Below are positions 12,756-23,646 of a DNA stretch of 64,000 bases, piece by piece (the stretch's first letter is position 1; the number at the start of each line of letters is the position of its first letter). Position numbers and translations under genes: made by a program. Source of the DNA: Candidatus Nanopelagicales bacterium (lineage in GTDB: Bacteria; Actinomycetota; Actinomycetes; S36-B12); assembly GCA_044374195.1 (NCBI GenBank), contig JBILOY010000008.1, positions 8,640 to 72,639 on the forward strand, read 5' to 3'. The notes below the pieces were generated by a model that was not told where the DNA came from, searched no databases, and saw only the letters and a list, made by a program, of their open reading frames with translations.

Positions 12756-13583
12756 ATGGCCACTGTCACCAGCCCCGCCTCAAGCCAGGGTTCACCTGAC
12801 CGTCGCGCCCAGATCGGGGTCAGAACCCTGCGTACCGACAAGTGGTGGCTGATGCCCCTGGTCATGGTCATCATCTTCCTGAGCTTCGTCGCGTACTCCA
12901 CGTGGCGCGCATTTGAGAACGCCTACTACTTCGCCGAGCCGCTGATCTCACCGTTCTACTCGCCTTGCCTGATGTCGACCTGCCCCGAGGGCGCGACCTT
13001 GTTCGGCTGGACCCCCTTCGGCGCCTGGACAATCTTCGGCATGGCGATCTCGCCGGCCTTGTTCATCCTGATCGTTCCGCTGGGCTTCCGCTTCACCTGC
13101 TACTACTACCGCAAGGCCTACTACCGCTCCTTCTGGCAGTCACCGCCGGCCTGCGCCGTTGCCGAGCCGCACAAGAAGTACACCGGCGAGACTCGCTTCC
13201 CGCTGATCTTCCAGAACGGCCATCGTTACTTCTTCTACCTTGGCCTGCTCCTGAATGTCATTTTGACCTATGACGCAGTCCTCGCCTTCCGCAATGCCGA
13301 GGGCGCCTGGGGCCACGTCAGCATCGGCACGCTCGTGCTCGTGGCGAACGCCACCTTGCTGTGGCTGTACTCGCTGTCGTGCCACTCCTGCCGCCATGCG
13401 ATGGGCGGACGCCTGAAGCACTTCTCCAAGCACCCGGTGCGCTACAAGAGCTGGACCATCGTCTCCAAGCTCAACGTCAATCACGGCAAGTTCGCGATGA
13501 TCTCGCTCTTCGGCGTCGCGCTGACTGACCTCTACGTGCGCCAGGTCGCCACGGGCGCCATTACCAACTTCTACTTCTTCTAA
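12756..13583 (+). CDS. sdhC: Succinate dehydrogenase / fumarate reductase membrane anchor (cytochrome b subunit)
   Basis: Multi-TM protein directly upstream of sdhA/sdhB. GGAAGGA lies upstream of the ATG at 12756; a GTG at 12738 is also possible. Confidence 0.7.
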   Translation: MATVTSPASSQGSPDRRAQIGVRTLRTDKWWLMPLVMVIIFLSFVAYSTWRAFENAYYFAEPLISPFYSPCLMSTCPEGATLFGWTPFGAWTIFGMAISPALFILIVPLGFRFTCYYYRKAYYRSFWQSPPACAVAEPHKKYTGETRFPLIFQNGHRYFFYLGLLLNVILTYDAVLAFRNAEGAWGHVSIGTLVLVANATLLWLYSLSCHSCRHAMGGRLKHFSKHPVRYKSWTIVSKLNVNHGKFAMISLFGVALTDLYVRQVATGAITNFYFF

Positions 13584-13596
13584 GCCGAGGGATCAC

Positions 13597-15510
13597 ATGT
13601 CTGACATCGAGCGTTACTCATTCGACGTCGTCGTCATCGGCGCCGGTGGAGCAGGTCTTCGTGCAGCAATCGCCGCACGCGAGGCCGGCAAGACCGTCGC
13701 CGTCATGAGCAAGTCACTCTTCGGCAAGGCGCACACCGTCATGGCCGAGGGTGGCATCGCTGCTTCCATGGCGAACGTCAACAAGAACGACGGCTGGAGC
13801 GTCCACTTCCGCGACACCATGCGCGGCGGCAAGTTCCTGAACCAGTACCGCATGGCAGAGCTGCACGCCAAGGAAGCGCCCGAGCGCGTCTGGGAGCTCG
13901 AGACCTACGGCGCTCTCTTCGACCGCACCCCCGACGGCAAGATCAGCCAGCGCAACTTCGGTGGCCATGAGTACCCGCGCCTCGCCCATGTCGGCGACCG
14001 CACCGGCCTGGAGATGATCCGCACCCTCCAGCAGAAGATCGTCCAGCTTCAGCAGAAGGACAAGAAGGAGCTCGGCGACTACGAAGCCGGCATCCGCGTG
14101 TTCGCCGAGTGCTCGGTCACCGAGATCTTCATGCACGGCGAGGGTGACGATCGTCGCGCCGCCGGCGTGCTGGCCTACTGGCGCCCATCTGGCGCCTTCG
14201 TGGCCATCGACGCTCCCGCTGTTGTGATTGCCACCGGCGGTATCGGCAAGTCGTTCAAGGTCACCTCGAACTCCTGGGAGTACACCGGTGACGGCCACGC
14301 GATGGCGATGATCGTCGGTGGCGCGCTGATCAACATGGAATTCGTCCAGTTCCATCCCACGGGCATGGTCTGGCCGCCGTCGGTCAAGGGCCTCCTGGTC
14401 ACCGAGTCGGTGCGTGGTGACGGCGGAGTTCTCACGAACTCCGAGGGCCGTCGCTTCATGTTCGACTACATCCCCGATGTCTTCAAGGCGCAGTACGCCA
14501 AGACTGAGGAAGAAGCAGACCGTTGGTACACCGATCCCGACAACAACAAGCGCCCGCCGGAGCTTCTCCCGCGTGACGAGGTTGCTCGCGCGATCAACTC
14601 CGAGGTCAAGGCAGGCCGGGGATCCCCCCACGGCGGCGTGTTCCTCGACGTGTCCAAGCGCCTGCCCGCTGATGTCATCAAGGCCAAGCTGCCCTCGATG
14701 TGGCACCAGTTCAAGGAGCTCGCTGACGTCGACATCACCCTTGAGCCCATGGAGGTCGGTCCGACCTGCCATTACGTCATGGGCGGCGTCGAGGTCGACG
14801 CTGATACCCAGGAGCTCATCGGAGTCAAGGGCGTCTATGCCGCAGGCGAGGCAGGTGGCGGCCTGCACGGCTCCAACCGTCTCGGCGGCAATTCCCTCTC
14901 CGATCTGCTGGTATTCGGTCGTCGTGCCGGTATCTACGCCGCTGAGTACGTGTCCGATGCCAAGAACGCAGGCAAGGCATCTCCGCTCACCGACGCAGAG
15001 ATCGCCGCAGCATCGGCATGGGCACTCGAGCCCTTCGACGCCTCGCGTGACGAGAACCCGTTCACCATTCAGGCTGAGCTGCAGATGATCATGAATGATC
15101 TCGTCGGCATCATCCGTGACGGTGACGAGATGCGCGACGCCCTGGCGAAGATCGATGCCCTCAAGACACGCATCACACGGGCTAAGGCAAGCGGTGGCCG
15201 CGAATACAACCCGGGATGGCACCTCGCCCTTGATCTGCCCAAGCAGATCCTGGTCTCCGAGTGCATCGCCCGAGCGGCACTGACGCGCGAGGAGTCCCGC
15301 GGCGGTCACACCCGTAATGACTTCGCGAAGATGGATCCGGAGTGGCGCAAGGTGAACCTCGTGTGCAGCCTGAAGGACGGCAAGCTCGACGTTCAGAAGA
15401 AGGCGCTGCCGAGTATCCCCAAGGAGCTCATCGAGCTCTTTGATCCGGTGGAACTCTCGAAGTACATGACCGCTGAAGAACTCAACGCAGTAGGGATGGC
15501 ACAGGCATGA
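13597..15510 (+). CDS. sdhA: Succinate dehydrogenase / fumarate reductase flavoprotein subunit
   Basis: VVVIGAGGAGLRAA FAD motif, HTVMAEGG, and C-terminal ESRGGHTR. Length is 637 aa. Confidence 0.9.
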   Translation: MSDIERYSFDVVVIGAGGAGLRAAIAAREAGKTVAVMSKSLFGKAHTVMAEGGIAASMANVNKNDGWSVHFRDTMRGGKFLNQYRMAELHAKEAPERVWELETYGALFDRTPDGKISQRNFGGHEYPRLAHVGDRTGLEMIRTLQQKIVQLQQKDKKELGDYEAGIRVFAECSVTEIFMHGEGDDRRAAGVLAYWRPSGAFVAIDAPAVVIATGGIGKSFKVTSNSWEYTGDGHAMAMIVGGALINMEFVQFHPTGMVWPPSVKGLLVTESVRGDGGVLTNSEGRRFMFDYIPDVFKAQYAKTEEEADRWYTDPDNNKRPPELLPRDEVARAINSEVKAGRGSPHGGVFLDVSKRLPADVIKAKLPSMWHQFKELADVDITLEPMEVGPTCHYVMGGVEVDADTQELIGVKGVYAAGEAGGGLHGSNRLGGNSLSDLLVFGRRAGIYAAEYVSDAKNAGKASPLTDAEIAAASAWALEPFDASRDENPFTIQAELQMIMNDLVGIIRDGDEMRDALAKIDALKTRITRAKASGGREYNPGWHLALDLPKQILVSECIARAALTREESRGGHTRNDFAKMDPEWRKVNLVCSLKDGKLDVQKKALPSIPKELIELFDPVELSKYMTAEELNAVGMAQA

Positions 15511-16262
15511 GCTACATGGCGAAGTTCCGACTCTGGCGGGGCCCTCACGGCACCGGTGCGCTCAAGGACTACGACGTCGAGGTACTCGAGGGAGAGGTCG
15601 TTCTCGACGTCATCCACCGCATCCAAGCCGAGCAAGATACCGATCTTGCAGTTCGCTGGAACTGCAAGGCCGGCAAGTGCGGCTCCTGCAGCGTCGAGGT
15701 CAACGGGCGCCCGCGCCTGATGTGCATGACTCGCATGAACACCTTCGATGAGACCGAGACCATCACTGTCACCCCGTTGCGAGCATTCCCGGTCATCCGT
15801 GACCTCGTCACCGACGTCTCGTTCAACTACGAGAAGGCCCGTGAGGTTCCGGCATTCAAGGGGCCCGAAGGCCTCAAGCCCGGCGAGTACCGCATGGAGC
15901 AGGTCGACGTCGAGCGTTCGCAGGAGTTCCGTAAGTGCATCGAGTGCTTCCTGTGCACCAATACCTGTCACGCAGTGCGCGATCACGAAGAGAACAAGAC
16001 GGCCTTTGCCGGCCCGCGAGTGCTCATGCGTGTTGCCGAGCTCGATATGCACCCGCTCGATACCGTCGACCGCCAGAAGCTGGCTCAGGATGAACTCGGC
16101 CTGGGCTACTGCAACATCACCAAGTGCTGCACCGAGGTCTGCCCCGAGCACATCCACATCACTGACAACGCCCTCATCCCGCTCAAGGAGCGCGTGGCTG
16201 ACGTCAAGTACGACCCGATCCGCTGGCTGGGATCGAAGATCCGGGTGCGTGGCCAGGAGTGA
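15507..16262 (+). CDS. sdhB: Succinate dehydrogenase / fumarate reductase iron-sulfur subunit
   Basis: [15 protein letters not shown] (2Fe-2S) and [18 protein letters not shown] cluster motifs. ATGA overlap with sdhA. Confidence 0.9.
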   Translation: MSYMAKFRLWRGPHGTGALKDYDVEVLEGEVVLDVIHRIQAEQDTDLAVRWNCKAGKCGSCSVEVNGRPRLMCMTRMNTFDETETITVTPLRAFPVIRDLVTDVSFNYEKAREVPAFKGPEGLKPGEYRMEQVDVERSQEFRKCIECFLCTNTCHAVRDHEENKTAFAGPRVLMRVAELDMHPLDTVDRQKLAQDELGLGYCNITKCCTEVCPEHIHITDNALIPLKERVADVKYDPIRWLGSKIRVRGQE

Positions 16263-17848
16263 GCGAGCAAGGCTCCACCACTGAATCTGGTCTTCCCCTG
16301 GAGCAGGTGTACGGCCCCGAAGCCCTGGCGGGCTGGGATGCCGCTGCACAACTCGGTCAGCCGGGTGAGTTCCCGTACACCCGCGGTGTGTATCCGTCGA
16401 TGTACACGGGCCGCCCGTGGACAATGCGGCAGTACGCCGGCTTCGGCACTGCGGTGGAATCCAATGAGCGCTACAAGCAACTGCTCGCTGCGGGCACCAC
16501 TGGTCTCTCCGTGGCTTTCGATCTGCCCACGCAGATGGGCTACGACTCCGATCACCCGCTCGCCAACGGCGAGGTCGGCAAGGTAGGCGTCGCGATCGAC
16601 TCGATCGAGGATATGCGCCTGCTTTTCAATGGCATTCCGCTCGACCAGGTCTCGACTTCGATGACCATCAATGCACCCGCGTCGGTGCTGCTGCTCCTGT
16701 ACCAGTTGGTCGCCGAGGAGCAGGGTGTTCCGGCATCAGCTCTGAACGGCACGATCCAGAACGACGTGCTCAAGGAGTACATCGCTCGAGGCACCTACAT
16801 CTACCCGCCGGCCCAGTCATTGCGACTGATCACCGACATCTTCACCTACTGCCGCAACGAGATTCCGAAGTGGAACACCATCTCGATCTCGGGTTACCAC
16901 ATGGCCGAGGCCGGTGCGACTCCCGTGCAGGAGATCGCCTTCACCCTCGCCGACGGCATCGAGTACGTGAAGGCTGCTGTTGCCTCCGGCCAGGATGTCG
17001 ACGAGTTCGCCCCGCGTCTTGCCTTCTTCTTCGTCTCGCGCACCACCATCCTCGAGGAGGTTGCGAAGTTCCGCGCCGCCCGTCGGATGTGGGCACGCAT
17101 CATGCGTGACCAGTTTGGCGCGAAGAACCCGAAGTCGTGGATGCTGCGCTTCCATACCCAGACCGCCGGCGTTCAGCTCACTGCCCAGCAGCCCGAGGTC
17201 AATCTCGTGCGCGTGGCGATCCAGGGCCTGGCCGCTGTTCTCGGTGGCACCCAGTCGCTGCACACCAACTCCTTCGATGAGGCCATCGCGCTTCCGACCG
17301 AGAAGGCCGCTCGCCTGGCCCTGCGCACCCAGCAGGTTCTTGCCTACGAGACCGATGTCTGCGACACCGTTGATCCCTTCGCCGGCTCCTACGTGATCGA
17401 GTCACTGACCGATGACATCGAGAAGGCAGCTACCGCACTCATCGAGCGCATTGCCGAGATGGGCGGCGCAGTCGCAGCTATCGAGCAGGGCTTCCAGAAG
17501 TCCGAGATCGAGAACTCGGCCTACCAGGTGACTCGCGAGACCGATTCCGGTGAGCGCATCGTGGTCGGCGTCAACAGGTTCACCATCGAGGGCAAGGAGC
17601 ACTACGACCCGCTGCGCGTGAACCCGGCGATTGGTGCCGAGCAGTCGGCACGTTTGGCCACGCTGCGTGCTGAGCGCGATAACGACGAGGTGCAGCGCTG
17701 CCTGGCTGCCATTCGCGAGGCGGCTGCGGGCGATGCCAACCTGCTCTACCCGATGAAGGACGCACTGAAGGCTAAGGCGACCGTCGGTGAGGTGTGCGAC
17801 GCGCTGCGCGAGGTCTGGGGCACCTACAGCCCTATCGACTCGCTGTAA
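16259..17848 (+). CDS. Acyl-CoA (methylmalonyl-CoA family) mutase large subunit, catalytic TIM-barrel domain only
   Basis: [26 protein letters not shown]... is typical of MCM/ICM large subunits. At 529 aa it has no C-terminal B12-binding domain. Its GTG overlaps the sdhB TGA (GTGA). Confidence 0.85.
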   Translation: MSEQGSTTESGLPLEQVYGPEALAGWDAAAQLGQPGEFPYTRGVYPSMYTGRPWTMRQYAGFGTAVESNERYKQLLAAGTTGLSVAFDLPTQMGYDSDHPLANGEVGKVGVAIDSIEDMRLLFNGIPLDQVSTSMTINAPASVLLLLYQLVAEEQGVPASALNGTIQNDVLKEYIARGTYIYPPAQSLRLITDIFTYCRNEIPKWNTISISGYHMAEAGATPVQEIAFTLADGIEYVKAAVASGQDVDEFAPRLAFFFVSRTTILEEVAKFRAARRMWARIMRDQFGAKNPKSWMLRFHTQTAGVQLTAQQPEVNLVRVAIQGLAAVLGGTQSLHTNSFDEAIALPTEKAARLALRTQQVLAYETDVCDTVDPFAGSYVIESLTDDIEKAATALIERIAEMGGAVAAIEQGFQKSEIENSAYQVTRETDSGERIVVGVNRFTIEGKEHYDPLRVNPAIGAEQSARLATLRAERDNDEVQRCLAAIREAAAGDANLLYPMKDALKAKATVGEVCDALREVWGTYSPIDSL

Positions 17849-17861
17849 CGATCTCTTGATG

Positions 17862-17890
17862 AGCGTCCGTCCCCTGTGGGGGCGGGCGCT
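17862..17890. terminator. GC-rich hairpin between convergent genes (probable bidirectional terminator)
   Basis: agcgtccgtcccc tgt gggggcgggcgct forms a 13-bp stem with G-U pairs, followed by cttct. Confidence 0.5.
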
Positions 17891-17893
17891 CTT

Positions 17894-18742
17894 CTAGTTG
17901 ATGGAGACGGTCAGGGCGACAACGCTCGCGACGATCACGGCCACCGCGGCCACCTGCAGGCGTCCGAGGCGTTCCTTGAACAAGAAGTAAGCGGCGATGG
18001 CTGCGATGGGCGCAAAGAGTGAGGCGAGCACTGCGGTGATCGCCACGCTGCTGGCGGCGCCAAGTGAGTAGAACATGTAGCCGATCCACTCGGTGAAGCC
18101 GGTGAGTACCACCAGTGGCGCGGCTTTCTTGGTCATCTTGAATCGACGGGTCAGCAGGAGCGGGATCAGCAAGGCGATCACGCCGAACAGCCGGGCGGGC
18201 AGCAGGATCCAGGAGATCGGCATATCCCCGCTGAGATGACCGATGGCGAAGAGACCGATGGCGAAGGCCAGGGCGCCCAGGGTGGCGATGATGGCAGCCT
18301 TCAGGGGCTGCTCGTGGGCGAGGGGTTCGGGGTCCGGTGCCACAGCCGCGAGCACCACGCCTGCGACGATTGCTACCAAAATGAACGAGGTCATCACGGC
18401 GATTGCTTCGCCGGTCAACGCCGCAAGCACCGCAGCGATAGCGCCTTCTGTGCACAAGATGGGAGCGACGACTCCGACCTTGCCGATCTTCAGAGCGCAG
18501 TAGGCCAGGATCAGCCCGACCAGATTGCCGAGGCCGCCGGCTACCAGCCACAGGACGCTCGTGCCATCGAGCTCCTCGGGAATCCCGGTGATGAATAGGA
18601 ACGGCAGCGTGATGACCAGTCCCACGAACATGATGCCGGCGATGGTCGACCAGGGCCCAATGGTGCGCACCGTGCGCGAGGAGGCCAAGGTGCCCGAGGC
18701 GAAGCAGCAGGCCGTCAGGATTCCGAAGAGGATGCTCAGCAC
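17894..18742 (-). CDS. EamA/DMT family transporter
   Basis: 282 aa, about 10 TM segments, internally duplicated hydrophobic pattern. Confidence 0.7.
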   Translation of the reverse strand: MLSILFGILTACCFASGTLASSRTVRTIGPWSTIAGIMFVGLVITLPFLFITGIPEELDGTSVLWLVAGGLGNLVGLILAYCALKIGKVGVVAPILCTEGAIAAVLAALTGEAIAVMTSFILVAIVAGVVLAAVAPDPEPLAHEQPLKAAIIATLGALAFAIGLFAIGHLSGDMPISWILLPARLFGVIALLIPLLLTRRFKMTKKAAPLVVLTGFTEWIGYMFYSLGAASSVAITAVLASLFAPIAAIAAYFLFKERLGRLQVAAVAVIVASVVALTVSIN

Positions 18743-18776
18743 CCTCGGACACTAGTGGCTGGCGTAGATTCAGGTT

Positions 18777-19889
18777 ATGACATCGCACGGTATGCCCGTT
18801 CTACCGACTGATGTCTTCGTCCGAGCACCGAAGGTCCTTCTGCACGATCATCTTGATGGCGGCCTGAGACCGCAGACTTTGATCGAACTGGCTCGCGAGA
18901 ATTCATACGACGACCTTCCTGCTCAGGAGCCGGCAGCACTGGGGGCCTGGTTCGCCGACGCGGCTTCCTCGGGCTCCCTTGAGCGCTACCTCGAGACCTT
19001 CGCTCACACGGTGGCCCTGATGCAGACTGCCTCGGCCCTGCAGAGAGTGGCTCGAGAGTGCGCGATCGACCTGGCCGCCGATGGTGTGGTCTATGCCGAG
19101 ATTCGGTTTGCCCCCGAGCTGCACCTGATCTGTGGGCTGACGATCCACGAAGTTGTGGAAGCGGTACTTGCGGGCTTTGCCGAGGGCGCTGTCGAGGCCA
19201 AGGCTGCAGGGCACTGGATTCGCATAGGCACGCTGCTGACCGCAATGCGAACCTCCTCAAATGCTCGTGAGGTGGCGGAACTCGTGATCGAGTACCGCGA
19301 TCGCGGAGTCGTCGGCTTCGACATCGCCGGTGCCGAGGCCGGATATCCGCCTACGCGTCACCTCGACGCCTTTCATTACCTGCAGCGAGAGAACTCCCAC
19401 TTCACTATTCACGCCGGTGAGGCGTTCGGACTTCCGTCCATCTGGGAAGCGATTCAGTGGTGCGGCGCAGATCGCCTGGGTCACGGGGTGCGCATTGTCG
19501 ACGACATCGATGTGAATGCCGACGGAACAGTAACGCTGGGAAGGTTGGCGGCGTATGTGCGCGATGGCCGCATTCCGCTGGAGATGTGCCCGAGCTCAAA
19601 TGTACAAACGGGTGCAGCACCCAGCATCGCCGAGCACCCGATCGGTCTGCTGCGTGACCTGGGCTTTCGAGTCACCGTGAATACCGATAATCGTCTGATG
19701 TCAGGTACCTCGATGTCGCGCGAGTTTGCCCTACTGAGCCAGGCTTTCGGATACGGGCTCGACGACATGCAGTGGTTCACCGTCAACGCGATGAAGAGCG
19801 CGTTCATCCCGTTCGACGAGCGTCTGATGATCATCAACGATCGGATCAAGCCAGGCTATGCCGCACTTCGCGCTGAGCTCGCCGACTAG
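18777..19889 (+). CDS. add: Adenosine deaminase
   Basis: [14 protein letters not shown] metal-binding motif, FTIHAGE, and [11 protein letters not shown]. Confidence 0.85.
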   Translation: MTSHGMPVLPTDVFVRAPKVLLHDHLDGGLRPQTLIELARENSYDDLPAQEPAALGAWFADAASSGSLERYLETFAHTVALMQTASALQRVARECAIDLAADGVVYAEIRFAPELHLICGLTIHEVVEAVLAGFAEGAVEAKAAGHWIRIGTLLTAMRTSSNAREVAELVIEYRDRGVVGFDIAGAEAGYPPTRHLDAFHYLQRENSHFTIHAGEAFGLPSIWEAIQWCGADRLGHGVRIVDDIDVNADGTVTLGRLAAYVRDGRIPLEMCPSSNVQTGAAPSIAEHPIGLLRDLGFRVTVNTDNRLMSGTSMSREFALLSQAFGYGLDDMQWFTVNAMKSAFIPFDERLMIINDRIKPGYAALRAELAD

Positions 19890-20674
19890 ATAGAGCGAAT
19901 GATCTCGGTCAGCATGCGACCCAATTGCGGGGCCGCCGACTGGCCGGCCGCAAGTACCTCGGCGTGATCGAGCGCATCGCCGGTGATTCCGGCCGCAAGA
20001 TTAGTGACGAGCGAAATGCCGAGCACTTCCAGGTCAAGTGATCGTGCCGTAATGGTCTCGAGTGCGGTACTCATGCCGACGAGGTCTGCTCCGAGAGTGC
20101 GCAGCATTCGAATCTCGGCCGGTGTCTCGTACATAGGCCCGCGAAGTTGCGCGTAGACACCCTCCGCAGTCTCGGGGAAGTGCTGTCGTACCAGCGCGCG
20201 CAGCCGAGGGGAATAGGCGTCGATCATGCTGACAAACCTGGGCCCCACGAGAGGGGATTCACCCGTGAGGTTCAGCTGATCACTGATCATCACGGGAGTG
20301 CCGACAGTCCATTCGCGACGTAACGAGCCCGCAGCGTTGGTCAGGATCACGGAGTGCACTCCACAAGCAGCGGCAGTGCGCACCGCATGAACGGCCGATT
20401 CAGCACCGAGGCCTTCGTAGAGGTGGGTTCGACCGAGGAAGACGAGCACTCGGCGACCCTCGATGTCCACACTCCGCACCCGTCCGGAGTGACCGCTCAC
20501 AACTGGGGCCGAGAAGTGGGGAATCGTGTCGACGGCGGCCTCGAATATGGGGGAGCCAAGCTCATCAGCCGCGGCGGACCAACCAGAGCCCAGCACGACC
20601 GCGATGTCGTGCATCGCGATACCGCTACGCGCAGCAATCGCCGCTGCGGCTTCGGCTGCGCGCACGCCTGGCAT
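19886..20674 (-). CDS. Purine nucleoside phosphorylase (PNP/MTAP family)
   Basis: LGSGW..., [17 protein letters not shown] and VGMSTALE motifs. Length is 262 aa. Confidence 0.85.
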   Translation of the reverse strand: MPGVRAAEAAAAIAARSGIAMHDIAVVLGSGWSAAADELGSPIFEAAVDTIPHFSAPVVSGHSGRVRSVDIEGRRVLVFLGRTHLYEGLGAESAVHAVRTAAACGVHSVILTNAAGSLRREWTVGTPVMISDQLNLTGESPLVGPRFVSMIDAYSPRLRALVRQHFPETAEGVYAQLRGPMYETPAEIRMLRTLGADLVGMSTALETITARSLDLEVLGISLVTNLAAGITGDALDHAEVLAAGQSAAPQLGRMLTEIIRSI

Positions 20675-22086
20675 CAGCCCTCCGCGGTCACGTGCAGCTG
20701 ACGGGCCGCCTCAGCGATAGAGCCTGACAGGCTCGGGTAGACGGTGAAGGTCGTGGCAAGCTCATCGGCGGTCAAGCGTTGCTCGACAGCGACGGTAAGA
20801 GCGTGGATCAGCTCGCTCGCGTGCTCGCTCACGATGACGGCGCCGGCGATGATGCGCGAGCCGCGACGGCAGAAGATCTTGACGAATCCGTCGTGCTGCT
20901 CTTCCATCTTCGAGCGTGCGTTGGTAGCGAGCTGGAGCATGATGACGTCGCCGCGGAAGGCACCTGAGTCGAGACCCTTCTGGGTCAGGCCCACCGTGGC
21001 GATTTCCGGCCGGGTGAAGATCGTGCTCGACACATGCTCGAGTTCCAGCGGTACGACGGCATCTCCGAGTGCATGCGACATCGCGATACGACCCTGCATT
21101 GCGGCCACAGAGGCGAGCATCATGATGCCCGTGCAATCGCCAGCGGCATAAATCGTGCGCACTGTGGTTCGTGAGACACGATCAGTGATGATGTAGCCGT
21201 TGTCGTCGATTGCGACGCCTGCATCCTCGAGCCCTAGCTCGTCGGTATTGGGTAGTGAGCCAACCGCCATGAGCACGTGCGACCCCGTCACGATGCGGCC
21301 ATCCTCCAATTCAACCTCGACCCCGTTCTCGGTGCGGCGCGCAGCGACTGCTCGGCTGTGGCTCATGACTTCAATGCCACTGCGGCGGTAGACATCCTCG
21401 ATTACTTGAGCGGCGTCTGGATCCTCGCCTGGCAGCACGCGATCACGGCTGGAGACAAGCACCACGGAGCTGCCGAGGCCGTGATACGCCCCCGCAAATT
21501 CGGCGCCGGTCACGCCGGAGCCCACGACAATCAAGCGCTCGGGAAGCTCAGTGAGGTCGTAGACCTGCTCCCAGGTCAATATTCGCTCGCCATCGGGGAT
21601 AGCCGTATCGAGAATGCGTGGGCGAGTACCGGTGGCGATGAGGATGACATCGGCGTGCAGCTGGGTCATGCTGCCATCGGGCAGAAGTGCCATCACGCTG
21701 GTCTCGCCGGTGAGCCTCCCGCGCCCCCGAATGACGCTCACGCCAGCCTGATCCATCTTCGCCGAGATATCCGAGCTCTGTGCTGCGGCGAGGCCCAGGA
21801 TGCGCTCATTGACGACGGTCAGATCGACGCCGATCTGGCGCGGGGTCGGGGGCTGTCCGTCGATGCGCACGCCCAGGGCGCCGCTGTGCTCGGTGCTCCA
21901 GATGACCCCAGCGGTGGCGATGAGAGCCTTACTGGGAACGCAATCGGTCAGGACCGCCGAGCCACCGAGACCGTCGCGGTCGACGATGGTGACCTCTGCC
22001 CCGAGCTGTCGGGCGACCAGGGCTGCCTCGTACCCGCCAGGCCCCCCACCGATGATGACCACATGTGCTGAATCAGCCAGGTTCAC
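20674..22086 (-). CDS. Pyridine-nucleotide-disulfide flavoprotein (LpdA-like NAD(P)H quinone reductase / dihydrolipoamide dehydrogenase family)
   Basis: VVIIGGGPGGYEAA FAD motif and LTDCVPSKAL. 470 aa. A single Cys sits where the redox disulfide normally lies. Confidence 0.8.
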   Translation of the reverse strand: MNLADSAHVVIIGGGPGGYEAALVARQLGAEVTIVDRDGLGGSAVLTDCVPSKALIATAGVIWSTEHSGALGVRIDGQPPTPRQIGVDLTVVNERILGLAAAQSSDISAKMDQAGVSVIRGRGRLTGETSVMALLPDGSMTQLHADVILIATGTRPRILDTAIPDGERILTWEQVYDLTELPERLIVVGSGVTGAEFAGAYHGLGSSVVLVSSRDRVLPGEDPDAAQVIEDVYRRSGIEVMSHSRAVAARRTENGVEVELEDGRIVTGSHVLMAVGSLPNTDELGLEDAGVAIDDNGYIITDRVSRTTVRTIYAAGDCTGIMMLASVAAMQGRIAMSHALGDAVVPLELEHVSSTIFTRPEIATVGLTQKGLDSGAFRGDVIMLQLATNARSKMEEQHDGFVKIFCRRGSRIIAGAVIVSEHASELIHALTVAVEQRLTADELATTFTVYPSLSGSIAEAARQLHVTAEG

Positions 22087-22147
22087 GGCCCCATTCTGGC
22101 CGATGATGATTCGCGCCGGTTCACCGGAGCCGTGTTAGCGTAGTGGC

Positions 22148-22702
22148 ATGTGGATTTGGATCATTCTCGCGATCGTCGTCGTCCTGCTCGTGATCTTCGT
22201 GATCGCGACCTACAACAAGCTCGTGCGCGCCAATGTGGCCGTCGACGAGGCTTTTGCCCAGATCGAGGTGCAGCTTAAGCGCCGAAACGATCTCATCCCG
22301 AACCTGGTAAGCACGGTCAAGGGCTACGCCGCCCACGAGGCCGGCACCTTCGAGAAGGTCACCGAGGCTCGTGCCATCGCCGAGCACGCCAATGGCGTGG
22401 CCGAGGTCGCTGCCGCTGACGGCATGCTCACCCAGGCCCTGCGTGGCCTGCTGGCCGTCGCCGAGGCTTACCCTGATCTGAAGGCATCGGCTAACTTCCT
22501 GGCACTGCAGGAAGAACTGTCCGGCACCGAGAACAAGGTCGCTTTCTCACGTCAGTACTACAACGACGCGGTTCGCATGCTGAACACCATGATCGTCACC
22601 ATTCCGTCGAAGTTCTTCGCCGGCATGGCGAAGGTGAGTGAGCGCGAGTTCTACGAGGTCCCGGACGCTGCTGATCGCAACGTGCCGACCGTCAGCTTCT
22701 GA
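22148..22702 (+). CDS. lemA: LemA family protein
   Basis: N-terminal TM then YNKLV...QIEVQLKRRNDLIPNLV...YPDLKA...FSRQYYND. Confidence 0.8.
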   Translation: MWIWIILAIVVVLLVIFVIATYNKLVRANVAVDEAFAQIEVQLKRRNDLIPNLVSTVKGYAAHEAGTFEKVTEARAIAEHANGVAEVAAADGMLTQALRGLLAVAEAYPDLKASANFLALQEELSGTENKVAFSRQYYNDAVRMLNTMIVTIPSKFFAGMAKVSEREFYEVPDAADRNVPTVSF

Positions 22703-22707
22703 TCTCG

Positions 22708-23607
22708 ATGGCGGTTTCCTTCCGCGCTGAGCAGTCCTCGAACAAGCGCAAGACCTGGTTCCTGCTCGTCGCCATGTTCATCGCGGTAGTCGCGATGGTC
22801 TGGGCAGCGGGAACGCTGCTGAATTTCAACGCGGCTCTACTTGTTCCGATTGCAGTGGGTATCTCGCTGATCGGTGTCTGGACTAGCTACTGGAAGTCCG
22901 ACTCTCTGGTGCTTGCGATGACACAGGCCAAGGTCATCTCGCACGAAGACGCTCCTCAGCTCTACAACCTGGTCGAGGAGATCTGCATCGCCTCGGGCCT
23001 GCCGATGCCCAAGATTGCGATCGTGCAGGATCCTGCTCCCAACGCCTTTGCCACCGGACGTGATCCGAACCATGCGGTGATCGCCTTCACCACGGGCATC
23101 CTGGAAAAGATGGATCGTGAGCAGTTGCAGGGAGTTGCAGCGCACGAGATGGCACATGTGGGCAATCGCGACACCCTGGTGATGGCCGTGGCGGCCACGA
23201 CCGCTGGTCTCCTGGCGATCCTCGCCGACATGGGTGCCCGAATGGCGCTCTTCTCTCGCCGCGGCAATGACAGCAATCCCATCGCCATCATCGTCTCGTT
23301 GGTCATCATCTTGCTGGCCCCGATCGCGGCACTGCTCCTGCGCGCGGCCATCTCGCGCAAGCGCGAGGCGCTCGCTGACGCAACCGCGGTGCAGTTCACC
23401 CGCAACCCCACTGGACTTCGACGCGCGCTCGAGACTCTCGCCGCAGACTCGACCGTCGTGCACCAGAAGTCCACCGCAGTCGCCCATGTGTGGATCGAGT
23501 CACCACTCGACGGCAAGTCGAAGTCGATGTTCGACACGCATCCTCCGCTCGCCGCGCGCATTGCCCTGCTGCGTGAGATGGAAGGCGCTCCGCCTGCGGT
23601 GGAGTGA
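22708..23607 (+). CDS. htpX: M48-family zinc metalloprotease HtpX
   Basis: HEMAHV zinc motif, four TM segments, and THPPLAARI at the C-terminus. Confidence 0.85.
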   Translation: MAVSFRAEQSSNKRKTWFLLVAMFIAVVAMVWAAGTLLNFNAALLVPIAVGISLIGVWTSYWKSDSLVLAMTQAKVISHEDAPQLYNLVEEICIASGLPMPKIAIVQDPAPNAFATGRDPNHAVIAFTTGILEKMDREQLQGVAAHEMAHVGNRDTLVMAVAATTAGLLAILADMGARMALFSRRGNDSNPIAIIVSLVIILLAPIAALLLRAAISRKREALADATAVQFTRNPTGLRRALETLAADSTVVHQKSTAVAHVWIESPLDGKSKSMFDTHPPLAARIALLREMEGAPPAVE

Positions 23608-23646
23608 CGTTGTTACGCGAGGTGCCGCTCATTGAGCGACATAGAC

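Noticed and set aside
13714-15309. 531-aa ORF on the minus strand
   Set aside because: It lies fully antisense to sdhA, which has unmistakable flavoprotein motifs. The product is an Ala/Gly/Arg/Asp-rich low-complexity sequence, typical of shadow ORFs in GC-rich DNA.
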